From positions 3,968,001-4,032,000 of the forward strand of contig OU015567.1 in the NCBI GenBank assembly GCA_907165135.1: a stretch of 64,000 bases of DNA, read 5' to 3'. The notes under the pieces are model-generated. The model had not been told where the DNA came from. It searched no databases and was given only the letters and a program-made list of their open reading frames with translations. Positions 1-9,941 of the stretch are shown in pieces (position 1 is the first letter of the stretch; every line of letters starts with the position of its first letter). The stretch comes from Oikopleura dioica (lineage: Eukaryota > Animalia > Chordata). Position numbers and translations under genes: made by a program.

Positions 1-1090
1 GTCTGGGTTGAAATATCCGCCGCTCGACTCGCCACCTGCTGATGGAGGGGTTTTTATGCGTTAGTTCTTTGAAATAAGAGATTGACAATTAACGAAGTTT
101 CAGTGGATTTGACGACAGACGACCTTGATCCCAAAAAAGTCGACATCATGGCCCCCTTCGATCCCTACAAATTAAACCCGCATGGAATCCGCGTCTACGA
201 GCCCGGAGACGGACGAATCCTAGTCTACATCTCGAACCACGGACTTGGACTTGACAAAGTCGAGAAATTCGAATACTCAGTCACGAAGAATCAGCTAAAA
301 TGGATCAACTCTTTCAAGCAGAAGAAGGAATTCTACTCGCTGAATGATATCGAGATGATTGCTGAGGATGACTTTTTCTTCGTTAACGACCAAGTAAGTA
401 AAGCTCCTTACTTGTACTCATGTGAAAATACGTATAAAAGGTCAAGACAAATGCTTTGACATGTAACATTTCCACTTAGAAGCTTCAGGAAGAACATGTT
501 TTTTTAGTACTTTTCGACTCGTCAGCGATTCTTGCGCTTTTTGGAATACCACTCATTTATCCGACTCGGCTCGCTTGGCTACTGTAACAAAGGCAACTGC
601 CAGCTGGCAACCAAGCACAATCTTGGCTACCCGTCTGGACTTTCCATCCGAACAACGACCGACGAAAACGGCAAGTTTCGAAAAGAACTAATCGTCGTGG
701 AAAAACGCGCGTTTCGAGCTTCAATTTATCATTTGGATCCATCCAACGGCTTTGTTTTTTCCCACACGATTCCGTTGCCCGCGAATATTGACAATATTTT
801 CAACGACGGGGAGGATATTTATTTTGCAGGATCGCCGAGGGGATCGAATGGGGATGATTTGGTAGAAGTGATCAAATTGAACAAGAAAAATGAACTGGAG
901 ACGATTATCTCCACGACTCTAATTAAGGGTATGTGAACTTATTAGACAAGCGCTTAGAATTATTGAATAATATAAAACCTATAATTACGAATAAACCATG
1001 TTTTTAGGAGTCACAAGTTATGCTCATTTCGAAGACAAAATACTTTTTGGAACCCAAAACAGCAATCTTCTTGTATGCACACGTGATTAG
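1..1090 (+). CDS. PON: Paraoxonase/arylesterase-like beta-propeller, 5' end outside the window, multi-exon
   Basis: Spliced translation shows PON motifs in order: SGLKYP, LNPHGI, YISNHG, SLNDI...FFVND, NIDNI, and a last exon (1008-1090) GVTSYAHFEDKILFGTQNSNLLVCTRD*. Confidence 0.85.
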
Positions 1091-1314
1091 TAAAATTGAA
1101 TTAAAAGCTGTAAAATAAAAAAAATAATAACAAACTTTTTTGCTGACTTCAAAATCGGAAAGAGTTCATTTATCGCAAGAAATATTAAATTGGATGAATA
1201 CGGGATAAAATTTTGTATCTCGAAATTGCGCAAAGAACTTGTGAAAATTTACATCTGTCGGCCCGGCAACAAGAATGAATTGCGGGAAAAGAGCAGTTGC
1301 AGAGAAAAATTACG

Positions 1315-1635
1315 ATGAAGCTCACAGCGGCAATTTTGTCGCTCGCTCGGGCGGATCTTTGGCCGGCAAAGTGGAATCCTTCCGCCTCTCCATCGACCTG
1401 TGGCGCTGATGATGCTGGAGATCCGGATATCGGCGGAGCCTGTATGGAGGGCACTGATTGTTGCTTCGTTTGCCCAGATCCTGGCAAAAAAGAATACCGA
1501 GTTCCACTAATTGAATGCGGGGACAAATTCGCTCCCAACGGATGCGCTGGTCAAAATGAACAAGGATGCACTTGCACCGCTATGACTTTCGAGGAACAGA
1601 TCGAACTCTTCTCAGGAAAGGGTTTATTTACATGA
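1315..1635 (+). CDS. Small secreted Cys-rich protein of unknown family (106 aa)
   Basis: Intronless ORF beginning MKLTAAILSLARA (signal-like), with 8 Cys including a CC pair and a CxC. Confidence 0.6.
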   Translation: MKLTAAILSLARADLWPAKWNPSASPSTCGADDAGDPDIGGACMEGTDCCFVCPDPGKKEYRVPLIECGDKFAPNGCAGQNEQGCTCTAMTFEEQIELFSGKGLFT

Positions 1636-1950
1636 GAATAAAATACCGGTATCTCAGCAGTAAAGCCCAACATACGGATCGATCCATTTATTCGAAGCGG
1701 TTTCTTCCTTGATTTCAGTTTGTCCTTCTTCTCTCGAGATTGGCGATGAAAGAACATCGTTTATGTAAAATATATAAAAAAGAAAAAAGTTCATTTTTTG
1801 ATTTTTTCGGTCAATGAGCATTTCACGCTGAATTTGAAAAGAAAAAATTTTCAAATTCGGCGACCTTTTTAATTCTCGCGAATTTAAGTTTTCAAGTGAC
1901 CCGCTGATAAGATTTCTTATTCCATATTCATTTCCTCTTTCTTTCGAAAC

Positions 1951-4165
1951 GTGTCCCTCAGAACCTTTTCAAAAGCGGACTACATCTTTGACGATGATCT
2001 TCGCGTCGACCCAAGTCCCCTGAACGACTGCAAGCAAACAGCAACTCACGACTGTGACACTCTCGGCGGCCATGTTGATTCAACCAAGACCTGTGCTTCT
2101 GCCATGGCTAACAGCGTCCAGAACAAGGACGCCCGACCCAACGATGGAAAGAGAAACATCATGCAGACAAACGACGGCTTTGCCACTCTCGCTGGAGCGC
2201 ACCAGCACATGACCTACCACATCGAAGAGCCGCTCAAGGATCAGGTTGGAATTTCCATCGAGCAGATTTTCAATGATGTCTGCACTACTGGAAGCTCAGG
2301 GGACATAAAAAACTGTCTTGCTCTTCAAGTTGAATTGAACAAAGTCCAAGTTCGAATCGACGGCCAATTCGCTGCCCTTGACAATGTTCTCGAAGATCTT
2401 GAAAACAGAAACAACGCTCTTCTTTCCCTCCTTGCTAAGTTGGAAACAGAGGAAGTCGACAAGTGCCCTAACCGAGTCTGCCAGTGCGAGCCAGGATACT
2501 ACTGGGATCCCGATCAAGTCAAATGCGTGAAATGCATCGGTGTCATCGTCGATGGAGTTTGCGAGGAATGCCCGAAGGATGAGTTCTTTGATCCCGAGGT
2601 TGGGAAGTGTACCAGCTGCCGTCATGGATACGAACCCATTTGGATCAATTTCCCAGATGGACCCCAATGCCACCCAGAGCATATCGGAGACCACGATGAG
2701 TGCTGCCGCGAATGTGATCCCGAGGAAGAAGATTGGAATCCCGTCTTCGGTCGATGTATGCCAAAGATCCGGGAGGCCTTTGGAACTGGAGTCGTCCTCC
2801 TTGTTGGCGGAAACGACATTTATCAGGAAACAACTGATGCAATCGTTTTCTGTCCTGGTGCAGTTGACGAAGATGACATGGAATTCGTCGGAGATGTCAT
2901 TGATAACCAAGCCTACAAGTCAACCATGAAAGCTCATTCCGCCACTTTTAACCCCTTCTACTACAATCAGACTGGATTGAACAATGCCTACTCAAGATTG
3001 GTCTTTGGTGGTATTGGCTCAGAAGAGGTCGTCAGAGCTTTTGTCGATTCAGAGTACCAAGGAAATAACCAAGGTCTTGCCGAACGACCATTGGCCGCTT
3101 ATCTCCTCGAAGAAGGAGAAGAAGTAGACCCAGATATGTGGCACATTCCATCAAACGTCCAGCCTCGACAAAATGGCGAGTCGGGAACCATTACTGAAGT
3201 CGGTAAGAAACGACATCGAGGAATTTCCTGTCGACCTGATACCGCTTGTTTCCCCGACAACTTCCTCATCGGCGGTCAAATCGATGGATCTCACGCTTCT
3301 CGAGCTCTTTACAGATGGGATATCCGCGGCTTTGTTGACAAGGATCCTGATGCGTCGAATGGTCACATGGTCGCATGGGACGCTGCTCCGCCACTGATCG
3401 AAGGAAGACGAGATTTTGCCGCAGTAGCCTTGGGAAGAAATGATCGATTCTGCAAAATGATTCTCGTCTGTGGAGGAGAAGGGTCCAAACCCACTTCAGA
3501 CCCGACTCCGAACTATTTGAAAACTTGTGAATGCTTGACAGCAGTCAACGGCGAAAATGAATGGGTGAAGTTTGCGCATGACCTGCCTTACCCAGTAAGA
3601 GAATTTTAAAGACTTTTAAATGACCTGACTTTCTAGACTATTGGATCAGAGCTCGTTGCTGTCCTCTCTCTCCCGACTGAAGATAACCCCGACGCTCCTA
3701 TCGAAGAAGACATCTACCACCTCGGCGGTGATCAAGTCCGAAATTCTGGCCCCGTCCCCACCAATCTCATTCGAAAGCTCACTGATTCTGGCTGGCAAGA
3801 TATCGCTACGATGCACCACGCTCGAGGATTCCACCGCTCCTGGGTCAGCTACGGATGGGATGCCGTCCCGAGTTATGAGTTGCCTCTGATTTTCTCTGTC
3901 GGAGGCGATGGAACCTCAGTCATGGAATTAGAGGTTTTCGACGTCAACTCTCGCTACAGGAATGCTCTCGAATTTCAGGCTTTACGCACGATAATTGATA
4001 AGAATTTGATTCGAAAACACAAAAAGTGATCCATTGGAAGATGAAGCTACTTTCGATCAGCGATTCGATTTCGACATCATGGAATTCGGCAACTGTCAGT
4101 TCGACCTCGACCAGCTTCCATTCTACAATGATCCCTGCGCAGACTCTGAATACTGTATTGCGTAA
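1951..4165 (+). CDS. Coiled-coil + Cys-rich repeats + kelch-like repeats; probable secreted/house protein (start codon not resolved)
   Basis: The 552-aa ORF continues through introns at ~3595-3637 and 3990-4026. It shows heptad segment ALDNVLEDLENRNNALLSLL, CxC-PGYYW Cys-rich repeats, kelch GG..W motifs (LIGGQ, LVCGGE, YHLGGD, FSVGGD) and last exon DPLEDEATF...EYCIA*. Confidence 0.7.
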
Positions 4166-4416
4166 ATAAATAGCATTTGTCCGCAAACATGCATTCTTCT
4201 TCGATTTTTTATATAAAAAAAAACTGATGATGATGATGTTGCTCAATTTTTTTGTTTTTTACCCCTTTGTTGATTTATGGTCAAATGAACTCGTTCAAAC
4301 AGTCCTGTTTACGACCTTGAAAGTGTTTTTATCGGGAAACGCCCCTTGCATTTTCCTTTCTCCCCTATTTATTGTGCATTAAGTCTCGTGCATTGAACAT
4401 CACTTAGAATTTCAAA

Positions 4417-4905
4417 ATGACAAATGAAAATTTTTCGGATGATGAGGATGAGTTTTTATCCGCTGATGAATGTGAGCATGATCTTCGAATTCGAGAGCGG
4501 GTCGAATTACTCCCTTTTAAGGAAAATCAAGTGGAAATTAACCGAAATCCAATGATTATTCAAAATTTTGCCAAGAACATCTATGTATGTAACGAACAAC
4601 TTTACAAAGATAACCAACAATACCGGACCCTCTTTAACGGCGATTTTTGTCGCCTCTGCTCTCACTTCTGCAGCATCGTCTTATGTTACTAGTAACATTG
4701 CGAACGGGAAAATAGGTGAGTCTCTAGCTCATAAGATTGGGAACTTATATATTTATTTCAGAACTCTTGGAGAAAGTGATCGATGACTTAACCCTCATGA
4801 ACAGTAAGACAAAGAGTTCGCTATTTGTGAGTCGCAACATCTTTGTTTAGCAAATCTACTCGAAGAATTGCGGGAGAGTTCTCAAGCTATCGCTCGGCTC
4901 ACGCT
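4417..4905 (+). CDS. Hypothetical small multi-exon protein
   Basis: Overlapping ORFs 4417-4692 and 4568-4786 with GT..AG intron-like segments (gtgag at ~4716). No recognisable domain. Confidence 0.3.
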
Positions 4906-5033
4906 TCAAAATAGTTTGTTCTTTCAATCTTTGAATATTATGATAATCGTATTATCATATCATTTAACTAACGTTTATGATGGATTCTAGATAAACGTTT
5001 CTATTTAATAAATTTTATTTACAAGACCGACTG

Positions 5034-6364
5034 ATGGAGAAAGTTGAGAAACTATCGAAGAAGAAAACGATCGGGCTTGGTAAAATTCTCGCCGGCCTTA
5101 TTGCCGGAAAACTTGTAACTTGCGTTATTTGAATCAAGATGCAGATCTTCCTGTTCATATGAAGAATTCTTCCAGTCAATAAAAATTTATTTGTTTCTTT
5201 ATCAAACCGAAAATTGGAGAACATCTGTATTTTCTATAAACACCCTCATCCGAATATCTCTCCCCAGATCATCAAAGCAAGTTCCATATCGTGCCCCGCG
5301 GGCGTTTCTCTCAGTCGTACTAAGAATAGCCTTTCATTTCTCTTTCTATTTTCTAATCATGTCTTTCCACCCGTTTTCGTAGAAAGAGAAATGCTAAGAA
5401 AACTCTACCACAACCTCACTCCAATAGGATGGTTTCTCGCCTTCATTACCAGTTTCTGTTGGAGAACAACTCTTCCGGAAGATTCAAAAGCATAAAACCA
5501 AAAGAAAAGCTTCTTCTTGTCTTTCCGATAATTCCGACAATTGAAAACTATGAAATGGTCAACGAGCAATTTTGCGGCCTCCTTCGCGAAAAATACGGAC
5601 AAATCGGCAACGACCTCGGCATTGAAATCAAAACGCTGTTTATTACTGAAGGAACAACAATCACCCAACAAGCAGCGAGAAAAGACTGGAATGTAATCAA
5701 CAAAATAAGCAGTACAATTGGAATCAAAATGGCCTACGCACCCGATCATATTTTTAACTTTTATCGAGACTTGAAAATTCAAGAAGATCCGCTCGACTTG
5801 CTTCGTTTTTTGCCCAAAAAAAGGATCGATTCAAACATTCTGCTTCTCAAATCCGCCAAGATGTCAATGGAGAAAGAGAATATCAAACTGCTGATGGATT
5901 CGATTAAGTCATCAGGAGTCGTTTGCGTCAGAAACTGCGGAAGACCAGAAGCCCTTGGACTCGACCCTCTTTCGCTCGAAAAACTCCGAGCGAAACTACC
6001 AGTCGTCAAGCCACAATTCCAGCCCAGCGAAACTCGCTACCTTCTGAAAGAATTCCTGACCGCAGCGAAAAAGTTTTTGACCCGCTCTCACAAGATCATT
6101 CCTCTCTCTTCCGCCGTTACAGTCATCGCGAACGAAAGGGCCCAATTCGGCTCGTATTACAAGCACGAGATGCCGGAATATATTCAGGCGTCAAATTTGA
6201 CCTACTGGATGATTTCGGATGAGCTTGCTCCGCAATACAAGAAGAATGTCCCGAAAAAGGAAAACATTGGGTTCCTCTTTTTGCCGGAAAATATTTCGAA
6301 GACAAAATGCAACGAGGCTGAAAGCGAATTCGTCTATTTGATCAAAACAGGATTGGATATATAA
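5034..6364 (+). CDS. Hypothetical protein
   Basis: 311-aa open frame 5429-6364 with protein-like composition. Upstream exon-like segments begin MEKVEKLSKKK at 5034; the 5' structure is uncertain. Confidence 0.5.
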
Positions 6365-7029
6365 GACTTTCTTCTTTTTCACTCTTTTTTTTCATTTCAA
6401 ATGATGATCGTAAGGAATTTGAAAGCGAAAAAAGCTCTGCCATCTTTCTTTAATTTCATTTATCTCCTCGACGAAGTGGCTAAATCAGTTGGTAATAATA
6501 ATTAATTGATAAAACTTAATAATATCCTGCTGAACTTACCGGTAATCATCATTGATAAATTTTTCTAAATCATTTTGATTTTCTGGAGAAGATTCTTGAA
6601 TCAAATTAAATATTGTTCCAAAAGACCTACCAGTAAGCTTTATGATCTCTAAAAGCTGGCAATATGAAGACGAAATCATAAATACAGTAAATGTCGCAAA
6701 AAACCTCATTCAATTATTTGGACTACAGTCGACATCTACAGTAGATGATCTACCCTTTTTATACGCGATAAAACCGCTCGATGAAATGTAAATGATGAAA
6801 TGATCAATCAAGAAATCATTTTATTCGCTCATCACCTTAATGCAAAATTGTTCAAAACCGTTCGAGAATAATGTCTATTCGAAAAATGTACCATTATGTA
6901 CCATTAACGTCAAGGGCTAGTCAAGTTGGAATATTCTTATTTTGGACAGAAGGTTTTTATCTACATTAAAATCTGTTCTTAATTTTAGAATCCCTATTTG
7001 ATCCTCATAAATTATTTTTTTTAATGGAA

Positions 7030-8068
7030 GAAAAAATTCAACGTTTGATCGTTTTCTTTATTATTTTTCTGCCGAAAACCTGTCATCAACGCGATGCGAA
7101 GTCGAAAATTATCCAAAAAAAGCGAGAAACGAAGTAATGGAGCGATTCGCAACCCGGCGAATGTTCAAATCCGATGAATCGTTCAAGGCCAAAAATTATT
7201 TTTTCATACTCGGATCTGACTCTGATGGATCTGCTTTTAGAGACGACAGTTTTCTCCGCGAAGAAGCTGAAAAATATCAAGACATTGTCATTGCCGATTT
7301 CGTCGACACTTACAACAACCTTCCGACCAAAACTCAGAGCATGTATGATTTCGCTACGACTTACTGTAGCGATTCTGTTCTCTATTTCGTCTTTCACGAT
7401 TCGGATACAATCATCGACAGTCGCGAACTAGAGCATCGAATGACCAAAAAAGTCAGCTGGGAAAGATTGAGCACATCGTCTAAGAGGACGATAACAGGTC
7501 TCTCATCTCTCAAGGACAATTTGGATGTAAAGACAGATTTCCAAATTCCTTTCCTGAGAAATATTTCGGAAGAAGAAGACGGCCATGGAGTTGTTCACGA
7601 AGCTTTGGGAAACGAGAAGGGCCAAATCTTCTGTCTAAGGTAAATTTTATGAATCACGAAAACTCTTCAATACTTCCATTAAGGCCGACAGGATGGAATC
7701 ACAACGCGAAAAACACGGAAAAATACAACATCACGCAATCAGAATACCCACCCTTATTTCGTCTTCCCGAGTACTGTAATGGCCAGGGAGCGATTTTAAA
7801 CAGAATTGCTCTCGAAAAAATCCACCAAGTTTCGAAAGTTACCGAAATGGGCAGCTTCAGAATCGAAGACATTTACTTCACTGGCATTTTGCGGGCCAAA
7901 GCGGGTATTCAAGTGCCGGAGCGAGTTTTGAGCTTTGACTCGGAGAAGATTTCTTCAAGAGGAAATTTGATGCATACGTTGCTGCTCTTTGCAAAGCATA
8001 ATTCAAAAGATGCATTTAGTGGAACTAGCCCTGTTCTTCAAGGAATGGTTTTGAGATTAGTACGCTAG
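7030..8068 (+). CDS. Beta-1,3-galactosyltransferase-like (GT31); 5' and 3' exons not resolved
   Basis: LREEAEKYQDIVIADFVDTYNNLPTKT, FHDSDTII (DxD), EYPPLFRLPEYCNGQG, RIEDIYFTGILR are GT31 hallmarks. Confidence 0.85.
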
Positions 8069-8191
8069 GGTTGACAAAATTTTTCGAGGAAAAAGGGATT
8101 CTGGTCTCTTATTGGGCGACGAAAAATACACTGACATCTGATTGGCTCAGGGGACCCGGCCCCCACACTCCGAGTTGTCTGCCAACCCTAG
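8065..8191. mobile_element. Possible MITE-like element
   Basis: Ends CTAGGGTTG...CAACCCTAG (9-bp perfect inverted repeat, extendable with a gap). No target duplication found. Confidence 0.35.
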
Positions 8192-8763
8192 TCATCAAGC
8201 CTCTTTTCGTGTAAGATCATTCTCAAAAACCAATAAAAGACGATAAACTCATTTACGCAGCCGCATCAGGATTTTTCCCTCAAGTGCTCATGAAACGAAA
8301 AGCGACAGAAGACTTTGAAACGGACCTCAAAGTCGGAGATATCGAATCAGTTCTTGGAAATCAACGAGATGCGCTAGAAAAACGACTTGAGTGGTTCTAT
8401 GAGCAAGAGAGAAAGAATAAAAACTTGCATCTTAAAATTCTCGACTGATTCTTTCTGAAACATATTTAAGATGACAACTGCCCAGATTTTGAATCTAATA
8501 AAAGAAAAATTATGATCCTGACTAAATATCAACTTCTTTCCGGTTACGCATGAAGAGCTTAATCTTACCCTTCATTTTTTGAATCAGAAATCATTTTCTT
8601 ATGTTATTTTCCTGTAATTTTAGCGATATAGTCAAATTGAATCGTATCATTATTCGAGAGTTCGAATTTTCCATTCAACAGAAATTCAAAAAAAAAGAAT
8701 AGAGGAAGTCAAATAAAGCCCTTTTTAAAAGCTTTTTTTAAATAAATTCTTTGCCAAAAGAGA

Positions 8764-9881
8764 ATGCTTTTGAAGTCTATTCTACCATCTTTTGCTTTGG
8801 GAGCATCTGTAGCAGACTATCTCGGGGAGAACAAGCCAGTTGCGATCATTGATGAATTCGAAGTTCAAGGCGATCAAATTGAGACATTTCTAAATCTTCA
8901 CTTTTCTATCTTTGACGAGGGCTACCAAAAGGACTCTGGATTTATCAAGTAAGAACAGAACATCTTTTTCATTAAAAATTCTTTGCAAGAAATGATGAGT
9001 TTGTTGATATGTCGTCCGACTTTGAGGCCGAGAAGATGTGTACAGTTGTTCTCATGAGCTACTGGAACAATGAAAAAGCAGCTGAAGAGGCAAGAGCTGA
9101 TACGAAGCTTGAAAATGAATTCAATAATGCGGTAAATCTCCATTTCCTAAATTTTTTTAATCTCATAAATGACTATCAGCTCGAAAAAATGGGAATATCA
9201 TCAAAAGTAAATGGTCAATATCCGAGAAATATGATTTTCTCCATCATCGGACCTCCAGCGTAATATCTTTTCAACTCAAGAATCACCTTAAAATAAACCA
9301 TTAGCGAGAGTGGATCACCAACTCAATCAAGGGAGATCCTCTTTGAAGATGCTTTTTCATCAAATGCTTGGAAAACGAGTGCTTATCCTTACAAGATTCC
9401 CGGTAATTTGATGCAGCAATACATCGATCTTGAGTCTGAGTATTGGGGAACTTTCAATGGCGGCTTTTCCTTCTATCAGAGGTTTTTGCTTTGAGAGAGA
9501 ACTCCAACAATTTTTTTTCAAGAAATTCTGAGTTCGTCTCAAACGATTGCGATTTGACTTCGCCAAACGAGTGCTATTATTTAAATCTGAACTTTTGGTC
9601 AGATCGAGAGGAAGTCAGCAATATCAATGGAGTACGTCCCTTTATCGAGAAGATCAATATAATGAAAATTTAAGACGGAAGTAGGCGAAGTTAACGCAGC
9701 TTTCAACAAAGCAGCAGCGGAAAGAAACATCACTTTTGAATACGTTGGCCCTTTTCCAGGAGCAGGAACCGATGGTCTCGCAAATTTGAATGGAAGAAAG
9801 ACTGAAGATCCTCGTGAAAACGATACTTCTCAAACAATCGCGTCAATGAGCCTCCTACTTTTAACACTGTTATTTTCTTGA
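8764..9881 (+). CDS. Secreted, probably GPI-anchored protein of unknown family
   Basis: N-terminal signal MLLKSILPSFALGA, several short exons, and hydrophobic C-terminus ...IASMSLLLLTLLFS*. Confidence 0.55.
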
Positions 9882-9941
9882 TTATTTATTTTCTCTAAAT
9901 CTGGCATAATCAGAAATGAACTTTGTCATATTCGTGAAATT

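Noticed and set aside
2296-2929. Overlapping alternative-frame and antisense ORFs in the kelch gene (likewise 62331-63287 in the oikosin-like gene)
   Set aside because: These are expected shadows of long coding exons with biased codon use, with no independent features.
8290-8448. 52-aa ORF MKRKATEDF...
   Set aside because: It could be a terminal exon of the GT31 gene or spurious; I could not link it.
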